Positions 14,991-32,076 of a stretch of 64,000 bases of DNA are shown one piece after another (position 1 is the first letter of the stretch; each line of letters opens with the position of its first letter). This DNA is from the human T2T-CHM13v2.0 reference genome, Homo sapiens. The notes beneath the pieces are model-generated. The model searched no databases. It saw only the letters and a program-made list of their open reading frames with translations, and was not told the origin of the DNA. The translations under genes and the position numbers were made by a program. The stretch is from assembly GCF_009914755.1 (NCBI RefSeq), contig NC_060925.1, one strand, 5' to 3'.

Positions 14991-15662
14991 AAAGCTCGGG
15001 AAGCACTGAAAATATAAGTCCGATGAAATTAGTAGGGATTCTCATCATTGCTGGGTTTATTTGAGGCCACATTATTACCCCCACTTTACAGAGGAGGCAA
15101 CTGAATCTCTGAGAGGCAGAGTTACCTGGTCACACAGGTTTTCCACCTCCGAGACCAGTGTCACCTCACCTGTGTCAGGCCAATCCTCGGTAGCAGGCCA
15201 GTTCTTCTGTTTTCCATGGATGTAGCTTTTCTTCTGATTCTTTTCTTCCTAAGCTGAAACTTAAATAGTTCCCTTTTCGTGGTAGTGGAATTGTTTTTTT
15301 TTTTTTTTGAGACCTGGAGAAGTTAGTATTCTACTTCTTGTGCTCAAGAGCTATGGAAAAAGGGAGGATTTAAGTTAGGGTGCGATGGGAGGAAGGAAGC
15401 AGAGTGGAGGAGGAAAGGGAACATTAAGGGCCAGGGAGAAAGCTTTTGAGATAGATGAGTCAGGTTTGTATTAAGGGGAGGACAAAGGCATGATAGAACT
15501 TGTTTTTAACTGCTAGAATTGAATTTTGAAGAATTTTTTTAATGGACTCACTTGTCATGGCCGGTTACGTTTTATCTGAATGGTATTCTCTTCTCAGATA
15601 ACAAAGCTGGGCTCAGTGTTTCCTTGTCCATGCATTTTTAATGTTCCTCTCCACCACCCTAG

Positions 15663-16120
<458 letters not shown>

Positions 16121-16179
16121 TAGAAACAGGCAGGCTCTTCACACAGACAAGGGAATGTGTAAGCAAAAGACAAGAGATG

Positions 16180-16915
<736 letters not shown>

Positions 16916-17407
16916 TCACCTACTCCATTACTTGGAGATAATTTTCATTCGGATTTCAGTATATCTCCTTGTTTTTTTCTAGTATTATAAATTTGGGGTC
17001 ACATTGCACATAAAGTTTTGTATCTTGGTTGTTTAACTTGACCTTACTTGTGGAATATTTCCCCATGTCATCAAGTAGTGACTGAAAGCATACTTTTCGA
17101 ATGATTGCCCAATAATCCGTTGAGCTGCTGTGTCAAAATTTGCTCAACAGATCCTCATTGCTGGATATTCAGGCTGTCTCTAATCTGGAGTGGCTGTAAA
17201 CCATGAACATCCTGGAGTGTAAATCTCTGTGCTGATCTCTGATCCTTTCCTTAGATATAGTCATATAGGTACAACGAATAGGTCAAAGGGAATGCACCTT
17301 TTTTAACAAGGGGATTTTAATGACAAATTTAAGTGTTCCTAAATACCTATCAGTGCAGCATCTGATTACTGGGATTTATTGAAAATTATTTTTTTAAAGA
17401 TCAGAGA

Positions 17408-17743
17408 GGCCAGGTGTGGTGGTTCATGCCTGTAACTTCAACACTTTGGGAAGCCAAGACGGGTGGATGGCTTGACCTCTGGAGTTCAAGACCAGCCCGG
17501 GCAAATATGATGAAACCCTGTCTCTACCAAAAATACAAAAAATTAGCCAGGTGTGGTAGGGCATCTACCACACAAAAAATACAAAAAATTAGCCAGGTGT
17601 GGTAGGACCACCTGTGGTCCCAGCTACTTGGGAAGATCATTTGAGCCAGGGAGGAAGAGATTGCAGTGAGCCAAGATTGCACCACTGCACTCCAGCCTGG
17701 GTGAGAGAGTGAGACCCCACCTCAAAAAAAAAGAAAGAAAAAA
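17408..17743 (+). mobile_element. Alu with an internal duplication of the A-rich linker
   Basis: aaaaatacaaaaaattagccaggtgtggtagg occurs twice (~17529 and ~17575); flanking AAAGATCAG. Confidence 0.9.
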
Positions 17744-19745
17744 AGATCAGTGACTGCTAATACCGTAGAGCTAAAGGAGACTTTAGAGATCATCTCATCA
17801 AACCTCTCATTTGATGGACTGGAACAGTGAGGCTGGGAGGTGAGAAGCGACATTCTTAAGATCCTATAGCAAGTTGAGAGGAAGAGCTAGAACTATTGTT
17901 AATTTTAGATAATAATGATGATCATAATAACAGTGACTAATATTTATTGAGCATTTATTCTATCCCAGGTACTGTGCTGAGTTCGTCACATGCCTTTCCT
18001 TGAGTAATCTTCACACTAGCACTACACAGTAGGTCCAGGTTTCCTCCTCTGTGGAATAGTAACTGCCTCCTGGTGGTGGTGAGGATGAAATGAATTTATT
18101 CATGTGAAGCCCTTAGGCAATGACCCACACATAATGGCCAGTGTTTGTCAAGTGCTAGCTGTTACCATCTTTATCCCCACTTTAGAGACAAGGAGACTGA
18201 GACAGAGAAGTTCAGTAATGGCCCTGACTGGCACAACTAGTAAGTTGTGCAACCAGAATTTAAACCCGGGTCAGACCAGCTGCAGAACCCATGCTCCTAA
18301 CTGCGGCGCTGCTCTGACTCTCCGGTGTCCTGACTCCTGCTGCTGCCACCGCATCCCAGCATGCCCAAGGAGGGGACTCTGCAGGTCATTAAAGGCTTTT
18401 GTCATTTTAATTCCTTCTGACCAGCCAGATGGAATATGTATGGAAATTATGAACATTTGTCTGGAATTAGACTCATTCTAGAGCGAAGATTGACTCTGAC
18501 ATTCTCAGTGGACTCTGCCTCACCAAGCAAACCAGTTTCAGAGCCAAGATGGCATGATTGTTTCAGCATTGGCATCTCGCTCCTTGGTCTTCTTTCCATG
18601 AAAGCCTGTTGTTTCCCCTTCCTATGCAGCTACTGTATTCATCTAGGGCTCTGTTGGGAAGGGTATCAGACTGAGAACTGGGAGACCTGAGTTCTTGGGC
18701 CAGCTCTGTCGTCTCTGGGTGTGTGATCTTGGGCAAGTGTCATCCCTTCTCTATGCCTCAGTTTCTGTCTCTGTAAAATGAAGAGGTAGAGTTCATAGAT
18801 GGTCCCCAATCCTGCCTAACCACCTGAAATACCTGGGGAGCTCTAAAACATGCAGATTTCTAGGCCTCAGACTCATCTCTCCCTGCCTTCACCCTTTTAC
18901 CCCCTCGTCTCTACTCCCCTGCAAATTGTGGTTTTGCATAGCTAGGCTAGAAACCCAGAACGTGCATTTTGTAAAACCTCTTCAGGTAAATCAGATAATC
19001 AGCCAGGTGTGGGAATTTCTGGACCACATGATCTGCTAAGCTCCTTCCCACACCAACTCCATCATCCTGAGAAATCAAGATCTCAGGCCACCACGTCTTA
19101 GCAGCACTGATATTCAAAGTGAGCAAAACACTCTTCTCAAGTAGGCAGTGTTACTGTTCGCATCCTTGGAGGTGTCCACGTGCTTCACAGAGCATTATTC
19201 AAAATGGAGCAGGGTTTCAAATCAGAAAACACTTTTCCTATCTAGCCTTTTTATTGACGTATGGTATGCATACAGAAAAATATACAAATCATAAGCTCTA
19301 GATGTTAAATTTTAATGAAGAGGGTGCATACATGTTACTGACGCCCTAATCAAGAAACAGAACATTACTAGTACCCAAAAGTCTCCTTGTGCCCCTGCTA
19401 GTCACTCCCCTCCCCGCAGGGGTAATCACCCTCTCTTCAAGTCAGAAAACACATTGATGGTGGCACAGTCTTGACTTCAGAGGAAATTCAGGAGCTACTG
19501 GTCAGCTTGAGTGAATACTGCCTTACATATTGAAGGTGCTGAGTGCTTTCATTCTGTGAAGGAACCAGAACATTCCATTCTGCTTTCAATATTCAGAGTC
19601 TACACCATTTCTAATGTAATGATAGAAGCTGTTCTCTTGAGTTTTCCCTGGGCCTTAATTTATGGAGATGACAGAGTAACTCCATGGATGGCTAATGCCA
19701 TTGAAGAAGATTTTTGTTGCTTACATTTCCTAAAAGAAGGAGGCA

Positions 19746-20060
<315 letters not shown>

Positions 20061-21597
20061 TCAGTTGGTTAGAAGCAGAGGGCATGTGGGGAAAGCTTAG
20101 ATCAGAGCCTTTATTGTGTTTTTCTGTGGGAAAGGCATGGCAAGATGGCGAACAGTTTAGGACTGGCTGATTTGAAGAACTCTGGGTTGTCTGGTACGTA
20201 GCCCTGGGTTGATTTAGAGCAGGGAAAATATTGATCTGGGGTGTGAGAGTTTATTTAATAAAGGAGATGTTTGCAGCTCTGGATTGGTTAGTTAGCATAT
20301 GAAAGGCATGCTCCTTAGAATATAAAAAATCAGTTAATACAATTGGCCCTGTGATGAATGAATGCCAAATGGACAAATATAAGAATCTAAGAAAACTCAG
20401 AGCACTCTCCCTGATGAGATTTCTAGTAAGTTTCCATTTTAATCACAAATTCAATTCAGTTGCCTAGTATGGAATATCTTCATGCCAGAGCAAAGCTGAA
20501 TTCATGGTGACTCTACCAAGGATGTATGAATTGAGGTGAGGGACAGGCATGGTTGTGATGATGATTGAGTTGACTGAAGTACTGGGTGGGGTAAAGAGAA
20601 GAGGACCTGGGTCCAAATCCCCAGTGTTCCTTCTTAGCTAAGTGACCTTGGGTGTATGGTACAACCCTGCAGAGCTCCTGTTGCCTTATCTGTAGAATGT
20701 TGGTTTTCATCCTTCCCTCCCAACGGCTGTGTGGATCAATGAAAAAGCACCTAACACAGTGTCTGACCATGCACTAGGCATGCTGGAAATATGTGACTCA
20801 GAAATGCCACGGGGTTTCCAAGAGGAACAGATGAAGGTACACAGAGTAGAGGGGACGGTGTGGTTAATTCTGCGTGGGGATGGGGAGAGGGGTTTTGAGG
20901 GAAAGCCATCTCCTTTCTCGATTTTGTTAAGGCTATTTTGATTGCAAGGAGTAAAAACCCATTTCAGAGAAGCTGAGGCAAAAAGGGAAATTATTATAAG
21001 GCTACAGGGTAGCTCATGAAATCCAGTGGCAGGAAAGGCAATGGGGCTTGGAAGGTTCTAGAACTCATACCTCCCCTTCAAAAGAGGGAAGACCTGAGTG
21101 GCCAGCTTGGGTAAGGTGTCTACCTGGTCCAGTCGGTGATGGCCAGGGAGTGCCACCCAGCTGATGCCACCTGGCAGACATGGTTTCTGAGGCTCTACCA
21201 TTATGGGCAGGTCTCAGAAAAGTGGTCATGTGGGCTGGGCAGGCTGCTCGCAACTCATCTCTTACCTTTGGGAGGAGGAAAATATTGAGAGACTCTTAAG
21301 TCCAGCTTGATGGGTGGGATGAAGTTAGGAGCAAGCTGTCTGCCTTTGAGTTTCAGCCCTGCCCTCTGCCCTGCCCATCAGCGTATAAATTTTGGTTGCT
21401 GGGGAGGGCACTTTGCTACAGGAAGCCCCCCAGGCTGAGCTGCCCAGGAAGCAGCTCCCAGCAGGACATTGACACTGTGGAAGCTTTACCTCAGCTGGGA
21501 AAAGTCAGGTCTCAATTCTTCTGTTGAGTGAGTAGACATTTCATCTGAGCACCTACTCTCTCCAGCTTGTGCTGGGTGGGGCGGGAGCTATATAGAT

Positions 21598-21801
21598 CAA
21601 GCTTGTCCAACCCACAGCCCAGGACAGCTTTGAATGCAGCCCAACACAAATTTACAAACTTTCTTAAAACATTATGAGATTTTTTTTGCGATTTTTTTAA
21701 GCTCATCAGTGGCTATCATTAGTGTTAGCATATTTTATGTGTTACCCAAGACAATTCTTCTTCCAATGTGGCCCAGGGAAGCCAAAAGATTGAACACCCC
21801 G
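21598..21801. mobile_element. MER30 (hAT-Charlie MITE)
   Basis: caagcttgtccaacc...gccaaaagattgaacaccccg, with 8-bp TSD-like ATATAGAT/ATATAAAT. Confidence 0.85.
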
Positions 21802-22528
21802 ATATAAATCATCAAGACAGATCTTCCCTGGTTACAGTCTAGGAGGGAGGTGGGGAAGATACATTTTCACAAGTGTTTACCCCTCAAGACAGAATTCGAC
21901 ACAAAAATAGAGATACAACAGAGTGTTAAGAGCATGACCTTTGGAATCAGAGACTTGGCTCCAATCCCTGGCCCTATTACCTTTCTTCTTATCTTTTTAG
22001 GAGACAGAGTCTCCTGTGTGGCCCAGGCTGAGTGCATAGTGATTATAGCTCTCTGCACCAGCTCTGTTATTTTCTAGCATTATAACTTGGGGAAAATCAT
22101 GTAATGCCTCTGTGGGTAAGTCTTATACCCATCCTATAGGGTAGTTATGAGAATGACCGGAATTTACAGATAAGCAAACCGAAGCTGCCTGCACCACCCC
22201 CTGCTTCTGCCTTCGGAAATCCTACCCAGCCTTCCAGCGCAAGTGTCACCTTTTCATCCATGAAGCCTTTGTCAGTCTTCCTGGCAATAAAATATAGGTC
22301 CTTTAGCCACCCTTTCATAGCCAATTAACAATGATTATTGTAATCATCATCATAAAAGCAACTAACATTATTTACTTATAGAACAGGAACTGTGCTAATC
22401 CTCACAAAAGCTCTCATGAGATAGGTACGGTTATAACCCCATTTTACCTGTGAAGAAACTGGCGCAGAGAGGTTAATTAACTTGCCCATGGCCACACAGT
22501 CAATGGGTAGCGTAGTTGGGGTGAGTAG

Positions 22529-23323
<795 letters not shown>

Positions 23324-24169
23324 TAAGGGACAAAGTCACTGATTGCAAGGTGGAATATCCCTGTTCTGTGTTAACCATGCACGTGTACTTGTGAATGCTC
23401 CACCCCTAAAATAACCCCAGTGAAGACATACAAGGTGGTTCCTCAGGAAAAAGAGGAGCAGAATAGGTAGAGAAGGCTGCCAGCGGGGTCCAGAGGTGGG
23501 AGCTGGCCAGGCACTACCCATTCCCTCCCTGCAGCAGAACTGGGCACCCGCATTTATGGTTTCCAACCTGAGGGTTGGAGGAAGAGCTTGCTGGCAGGAG
23601 TCATCCTTGCCTCCCCATTGCCCTATGCCAGGCACTGCAGGGTGCCTCGTAGGTGTGTGTACAAGCAGTGTAGCCCAGGGCTGGTGGCAACTTCTTGGCC
23701 TGTCTTTGAATGCTCATAAAATTGGACCCGTCATCACTTCACAAGGGTTTGGGGGCATAATTAATGTTGATGAAGCCCTTTGAAATGCTTAGGTGGAGTT
23801 ATATTATGCTATTGCTAATCATGTCTGTCTGTAACTGGTTATTACATGTGGACATTCATATGTTATGGAAATGGCTTTTAAAAGAAACCTCAGCCATCTG
23901 TGTCCTTAGTGGAAATGTGGCACTGATAAGGTTATTTTTTTTTCCTAATTGATTGTGCCACCTTTGAAGGACACTTCACAGAACACAATGGAGACAGTCT
24001 GGAGGAGTAATTATCATCAAGAGGCTGGAAGTCAGGCTTAGATGCTAAAAATAGGACTCATAGTAACACCCATCTCATAGTGTTGTTTGTGGCCCTAAGA
24101 GAAGGGTGCACAGAAAGGGCTTAGCACACCATGTGCTCCATCAATACCAGCCTTTATTATCATAGTAAC

Positions 24170-24623
24170 TATCGGGGATCAGAAAACCATACCTGAAAAA
24201 GAAAGCCTCAGAAGCAAAAGTTCCTCTCTGACCTTTTCTTGCTCTCCTTTCTCTGGCCCCGCTTCTCCACCAGGCTAGCCATAGAAACTACAATCCCTCT
24301 TCCCCAAGGCAGGTCATAGAAACCACAACCCCTGCAGGCACTGAGGTGGCTCATGCTTGTAATCCCAGAACTCTGGAAGGCCGAGGCAGCCTTTGAGCCC
24401 AGGAGTTCGAGACCAGCCTGGGCAACATGGTGAAACACCGTCTCTACTAAAAATACAAAAATTAGCTGGGTGCAATGGCATGCACCTGTAGTCCCAGCTA
24501 CTCAGGAGGCTGAGGTGGGAGTATGGCTTGATAGCCAGAGATGGAGGTTGCAGTGAGCTGAGATCACGTCACTGCATTCCAGCCTCATTCCAGCCTGGCT
24601 GACAGAGCGAGACCCTGTCTCAA

Positions 24624-24678
<55 letters not shown>

Positions 24679-25152
24679 AGAACCTTTCCCCAAAGCCAGC
24701 TATAAAACCTAAAATATTACTCTAATTTTCTTCCACTTTTTTTTGTAAAAATTGGCCATAAGGAAATTATCAGACCTTTGTTTGATCATAGGTCAGAAGA
24801 CCCCCATTCCAGAGAGGGTCCTGACTCATGTAAGGAAGGAATGCTGCCCAGAGAGGCTGAGAAGAATCTCAACAGACAGACCTGGCTGAGTTCCCCACTC
24901 AGTCAATCAGCATTAGATCAGGCCCCTTTGTCCAATCATATTTCTACACAGTCGTCCATACTTTGTTGAACCTAAGCCTAAAAATGACAGTTTCTCCTGT
25001 GTCTTTGGGTCTTCTCTCTGAAGGCTCCCATGTCACATAAAATGATGATGAGATAAATTTGTACGCCTTTTCTCCTATTAATCTACCTTTCATCAGTTGA
25101 TTTTCAGCGAACCTTCCAAGGGCAATGGGGAAGTCTTCCCTTGGCCCATACA
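24170..25152. mobile_element. ERV1 solo LTR (MER4-group-like), interrupted by an Alu (~24337-24675) with (GA)n tail
   Basis: cagaagcaaaagttcctctctgacctt...cagcgaaccttccaagggcaatggggaagtcttcccttggcccataca resembles MER4-family LTRs; (GA)n at ~24630-24675. Confidence 0.7.
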
Positions 25153-25498
25153 TAACCTTTTGGCCTCCAATGTTTTTGCTGCCTAGGTGGGTTCATCCTT
25201 GTGAGGTTTATAGTTTTCACTTCTGGGTCCCACCCTTCCCTGCCACACTCCCTGACTTGTCTCTGTGGCCACAGTGGCCTCCCTCTGCCCTTCTGCAGCT
25301 CTGCACTTCCATGGTAGTGAGTTAACACATTCTCAGGCTAGTCTGTGAAGACAGACTAAATCCTCGTGGATTTAGTCAACCACTCATCTGAGGCCATCTC
25401 ATCTTGGTCTCTTGCGGTAAAAATAAAATAGCAGCTACCAGTTATAGGTGGAACCATATGAAACTACCATCTTTATGCATCAAAAATGGTTGAATATT

Positions 25499-25707
25499 GG
25501 CCGGGCATGGTGGCTCACCCCTGTAATCCCAGCACTTTGGAAGGCCGAGGTGGGCAGATCACCTGAGGTCAGGAGTTTGAGACCAGCCTGGCCAACATGG
25601 AGAAACCCCGTCTCTACTAAAAATGCAAAAAAATTAGCTGGGCATGGTGGCACATGCCTGTAGTCCCAGCTACTCAGGAGGCCGAGGCAGGAGAATGTAT
25701 TGAACCA
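25499..25707 (+). mobile_element. Alu, 3'-truncated
   Basis: ggccgggcatggtgg... ends abruptly at tgaacc. Confidence 0.9.
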
Positions 25708-25919
25708 TTTCTGGCAAATTTAAACATTGGCATTTTTTATTTATCTAACAGTATTGAGTACTGTTAGATACTGTTAACTGAAGCCCTTGGTATAAAGACC
25801 ATTCAGTACCCACTATCAGCCTTCTGAAAAATATATAAGCTGTTCTTTATGTGTTGAAAATTTTACATCATTCCCTTTTCTCCTTGAATTTGTATTTCCA
25901 TTCTATTTCCCTCACAGAA

Positions 25920-26230
25920 TTTTATTCCAAAATTGGGCAGGCACTCAGAACCGGAAGAGGTTCAGAGAGCTCCGCTTTAGTGGCCTGAGCAGCACACTTT
26001 TATAGGTTGAATGCAGAAGCAAAGCAAAGAAATGGCTTGATTGGCTACAGATAGGTGCTTGCTTTATTTGGGTCTGATTGGAGGAAAGTCCCTAGTTAGA
26101 GGTTAGTTGATGCTTTGATTGGTTGTGCTTAAGTATCATTTTACTGGTTACATTGCAATTCAGTTTGCTTACATAGGAACCCAAGGCCCTACAGCTGTCT
26201 CAGCCTGATGGCCTCCCAGTGAAAATTTTT
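25920..26230 (-). mobile_element. Probable ERV LTR fragment
   Basis: Repeated GATTGG (CCAAT on -) plus TTTATA in an LTR-like context; family not determined. Confidence 0.45.
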
Positions 26231-26530
26231 TCATACTTCTCTATAAGAAAAGATGTAGAATAGGTAATCAAATTTCATTTATTAAAATTTCCTTGGATAT
26301 GAGGTTCAGAAGAGTTTATTTATTGGTATGATTGACTGAAAGCTGTTAATGCAGTGTAAAATTTTACAATGATTATTAAGCAAAAAAAGTATTAGAAATG
26401 AATATCTGAATGAGAAGAATAAGACTTTCTTTAAAAATTAATTTCTGTATTCAAGATAAATATTACTGATTGCTAGAATGAGGTAGAGTTTAGCATCTAT
26501 TCTACTGCAAGTTTTGTTTCCCATAGCTAA

Positions 26531-26921
<391 letters not shown>

Positions 26922-28504
26922 CCAGTATCACTAAATTCTTTAAACTCCTTCCAAGTTACATGCTAAAAGTCACATCATGATAAACTATTTTCATCAGCTA
27001 ACGATACAATCAGAGCCACCTTCATTTTTGTTCAAAGCAAAGTACTGGACACTCCTAATTACAACAACAAGATTTGTTTTGCTTTCACAATTTCTGTGAC
27101 GTTTACCAAAAGGGCATTGTCGATTATGCCTGTAACTTTTTTCACCTAAAGGCACCTTGTGTTAACCTGATATATCTAGAAAGGGTCAGGGAAATTGAAA
27201 TATTATTTTTACTATTCCTTTGCTTATGCTGTACTTTAATGCACATATATTTTTACATTTATTATGTAGTATAATGTATAAGTATTTGTACATATAGTTC
27301 AAGTATAAATGATTTTATTTTAGAACAAGCTTTGAATATATTTTTGTCAAAGCTTAGAGCAGGAAATTTAGCTCATTCAATCTGTGTAACAGATCTGGAA
27401 TATAACCTAATTAACAAAGCTAGTCCTTATTTTCCAAACATCAGTCAAACCAGACTCTGGCTTAGGAATATTCCAACAAGGGCCAAACTATCCCATTCCA
27501 GTGTCATGCCTTAACAGGAATATGGATGACAGAGGGAAGAAAAGTCATTCTTGGGATGGGCGTTACAGCATCTTGATTATCACTAAAAAAAGTGGGAAAC
27601 AAAATTTCAGAATTCCCCTTGATTTCCTGGTGGTTTTACAACTTGGCAATGTACCAGAGTAAGATTCTAAGGTAAATGAAGGACAAGCCTTTCTTTGATC
27701 AAACGGGAAAAAACTGCCGTGAAAGGTGAAATGAGAAAGCGGAACATACGAAAAGCTGGCAAAGAACATGGAAGGACATGAAGATAGGTGATCAAGTCCC
27801 CTAAGACTGTCAGTATCACCTTGTGGAAGAAAATCTCTGGCCCCAGTCCAAAGAAGATGGCCTTCTGGTCCTTGCAACCCTGATTTCTATCTTTTTAAAA
27901 TTTATTTTATGACCTTTAAGTGTTCAAGTGAAATAATTTCTCTTTTAGAAACATAGTCCTAATAACATCACTCAGAGCCTCCCTGTCATCTCCAAGGCCA
28001 GGTCCAATGTCTTGGAATAGGGCTTCTCTGGTTTCTTTCCATCTTCCCTGGACCCCTTTTAAAACTGAATTAAAGGGGGTTGCCTTTAGTCAGTTCCCCG
28101 ATCCCATTTTTCCCTGAGTCTTTTTCCCTTACACCAGCCATCTTTCTCTTCCTCAAAAGTACTTGCTGGTTCCCACCCCCGGAGCTTCCTATGCGTTGTG
28201 GAACAGCTTTCTGCACCCCACCCCCACCACTCCAGGTCTTCAGCCCTCCCTTCAGAAATCATTCTTCAGAGATGTCTTCCTTGACCACCCCACAACACAC
28301 ACACTAGATCAGGTCCCTGTCACGTAGAGTACCCTGTGCCTTTCCTGTGTAGCCCTAACCACAATGTGATTACGTAGTCAGTTCAATGTATGTTATGTGA
28401 GGACAAGGACAGGGCATGGCACAAACTAGGCACTGAAGGAACAAGTGACTGGAGTGCCATTCCTCCCTTCTCTGTACTTCTTGTGCCCATCTCTAATAGA
28501 TTAT

Positions 28505-28798
28505 ATATATATATTTTTGAGATGGAGTTTCGCTCTTGTTGCCTAGGCTGGAGGGCAATGGCACAACCTCGGCTCACTGCAGTCTCCGCCTTCCGGGTTA
28601 GTGATTCTCCTGCCTCAGCCTCCCGAGTAGCTGGAATTACAGGCGTGTGCCACCATGCCCGGCTAATTTTGTATTTCTAGTAGAGACAGGGTTTCTCCAT
28701 GTTTGTCAGGCTGGTCTCGAACTCCCAACCTCAGGTGATCTGCCCGCCTCAACCTCCCAAAGTGCTGGGATTACAGGTGTGAGCCATCGCGCCCGGCC
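28505..28798 (-). mobile_element. Alu (AluSp/Sq-like)
   Basis: Antisense Alu with (TA)n-decayed tail. Confidence 0.9.
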
Positions 28799-28959
28799 AG
28801 ATTGTAATATTTTTAGTGTCTGTATTCTGCACTAGCCTGGGAGTCACTGGGTCAAGAACCAATTCCCCAACTCCTAATAATAGCTACTATTTATTCAATA
28901 CCTACCCTGTTCCAGGCCTGTTATAGAGCTTTATATATTACATAGTTTGACATAATAAT

Positions 28960-29180
28960 TCTGAGCATGGGCTCTGGGGTCAGACTACCTGGGTTCCCAT
29001 CCTTCTTCAGCCACTTACTAGCTATCTCTTATCCTCTGTGCCTCAGCTTCCTCACTGTAAAATTAGATGATAATAGTACCTGCCTTAAAAGGTTGTTATG
29101 AGGATTAAATGAGTTAATACGTTTAAAGTACTTAGAGTAATACTTGGCACATAGTAAGTGCTTGATAAATGTTAGTTTAT
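28960..29180 (+). mobile_element. MIR
   Basis: ggctctggggtcagactacctgggttc...tgtgcctcagcttcctcactgtaaa...gcacatagtaagtgcttgataaatgttag. Confidence 0.8.
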
Positions 29181-30139
29181 GATTATCATTGTCGTCATCA
29201 TCTCTAATCTTTACAACAAGGCTAGTCTGTCAGTTTCCAAAGGCTGAGCTCTCTCTAGTAAACCCGATCACCTCCCACTGGCATGTGCCTAACACGTAGG
29301 AAGTTCTCACGATGCCCTATTGTTAATGATGGATGACTCTAACTATGATAGCTAATATTTATTGAAGGCTCTGAGAAGCCCCATAGTAAAGAAATCTGTA
29401 TCCGTAAACCCTCTGACTTGTGCTAGGAATCGTGCTTTGTTACTTCCATGGGTTTATCTTGTTTCATTCTTGCAGCTGCCCTGAGGAGTAAGTACCGTTA
29501 ATAACTCCATTTTACAGTTGAGGAAACAAATGCCCAAAGATATGTCCGAGTCACAGTGTCATGAAGGACAGAGGCTGGATTCAAGGTGAGGTCTGCCTGA
29601 CTCTAGAACCTAACCTCTGAATAACCACACTCCACACACTTATTGTGCTGGAGCAGTTCCTTAGGATTACGATGTCCTCTTAGTTTCCACAAGATACTGT
29701 ACGTTGTAGGTTGCCTTCTGCAGTCCTCTTCAGGCCACAAATGGGTTGAGGGGGTTGGGTATGCTCTGCCTCAGGCCAGGTGCCATGTGAAGGTTGGAAG
29801 AGGAGGCCAGGCATGTAAAAAAACCTCAGGCTGGAAGTCTGAGAGCCTAAATTTTAGCTATAGTCCTTCCATACTGCCTTTGCCACATAATATTAAGCCA
29901 AGTAGTTCAGGTCTTGTGCCCAGAGTAAATTCCTCCTTTGACATTCCACCTTTTTCTGAGCACTCTCTCAATTATTGCCATTTATTTGTGCTTAGATTAA
30001 GTCACTTATTCAGGAAACATAAACTGAGTTCCTTTTATTGATTGGGAAGGAAAAGAGAGACATGGAGGCTCCAGTTAGATATAATTTCCAAATGAAAGGA
30101 AGGCAGAATTCTGTCTACCCATATTGGATGATTAAGTTT

Positions 30140-32076
30140 TAAAAGGAATTAAGAAATCTGTGACAATAATAGCATAATGGGTGGGGGAGAGAGATGGGAA
30201 CTATATAGGAGCAAAGTTTTGTATAACACTAAAATTAAGTTGCTATTAATCTGAACTAGATTGTTATAAATTAAGGTGTTAATTATAATCAGCACAGCCA
30301 TTAAGAAAATAACTCTTAAATACACAGTAAAATAAATGACAAGGGAATTAAAATGGCACACTAGAAAACATATCTATTTACCACAAAAGAGGGCAGTAAT
30401 GGAGGAATTGAGGAAAAAAAGAGACTACAGAAAACAAATGGCAAAATGACAGAAGTCCTTTCTTATTACTAATTATTATTAAATGTAAGTAGATTAAACT
30501 CTCCAAGTAAAAGGCAGAGATTGGCAGAATATATATTTTAAAACATTCAAGTATGTGCTATCTACAAAAGATTCCCTTTAAATTCAAAGACACAAATAGA
30601 TTGAAAGTAAAAAAGAAAAAAGAAAAAGATATTTCATGTAAATAACCAAAGGAGAGCTGGAGTAACTATACTAATATTAAACAAAATAGACTTGAAGATA
30701 AAATTGTTACAAGGTACAAAGAAGGACATTATATTATGATGAAGGGGTAAATTCATCAAGAAGATGTAACAATTGTAAAATAAATGCACCTACACAGCCC
30801 CAAAATACAGGAAGCAAAAACTGACAGAATCAAAGGAAGAAATACACGATAATAGCCAAAGACTTGAATAGCGTATACCCCACTTTTACTAATGGATAGA
30901 ACAATTAGAAGATCAGCAAGGAAATAGAAGACTTGAACAACACTGTAAAGCAACTAGACCTGACAGAAATCTATAGAATATTCCACTCAACAAAAGCAAA
31001 ATACAAATTCTTCTTAAGTGCACATGAACATTTTCTGGGATAGAGCATATATTAGGACAGAAAACAAGTCTCATTATTTAAAATATTGAAATTATACAAA
31101 GTATGTTTTCTGATCACAATGGAATGAAATTAAAAATCAATCACAAAAGGAAATTCACAAAAACAAAGTGGGAAATTCACAAATATGTATAAATTTAACA
31201 ACACGCTCCTAAATAACCAACAAGTCAATGAAAAAAATCACAAGGGAAATTATAGGAACTACCTCGAGACAAACTGATCCTAAAATCCATATGGAAGTCC
31301 AGGGGACCCAAAATAGCCAAAACAATCTTGGAGGAAGAAGAACAATGTTGAAGAACTCATACTTCTGATTTCAAAACTTACTACAAAACTATAGTAGTCA
31401 AGACAATATGGTACTGGCATAAAGACAGACAAATAAATCAATGGGATAGAATTCAGAGTCCAGAAATTAACCCATACATCTATGGTCAGTTGATTTCAAC
31501 AAAGATGCTAAGACCATTCAATGGAGAAAGAATAGTCTTTTCAACAAATAGCACAGGAATAACTGGATATCCACATGTACAAGAGTGAATGAAATTGGAT
31601 TCCCACCTCACACCATGCATAAAAATTAACTCAAAATGGATCGGAGAGCTAAATGTAAGAGCTAAAATTCTTAGAAGAAATAAAAATCTTAGAAGAAAAT
31701 AAAGGTGATATTTTAGATCAAGCAAGTTTTTGTCTCTTTTAGTTCAGTTCCTTCATTGGTGGCTTCTTTTGTGTTAAATAGATATATTTTGTAGTGTACC
31801 ATTTTAATTCCCTTGTCATTTCTTCCACTATATATTTTGAGTTATCTTCTTAGTGATTGTGCTGAGGATGACAATTAACACCTTAATTTATAACAATCTA
31901 GTTCAGATTAACACCAACTTAATTTTAGTAGTACATGAAATGTCGCACCTATATAGCTCCATCTCTCTCCCCCACCCATGATGCTATTGTCACAAAATAT
32001 GACACCAAAAGCATAAACAACAAAACAATAGATAGATTAGACTTCATCAAAATTTAAAACTTTTCTGCATCAAAGG
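30140..32076 (+). mobile_element. Old L1 (inter-ORF region and ORF2), internally deleted and rearranged
   Basis: Endonuclease-region sequence (attaaactctccaagtaaaaggcagagattggcagaat), then a jump to late ORF2 (aaactgatcctaaaatccatatggaa) and an inverted insert at ~31727-31996. Confidence 0.85.
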
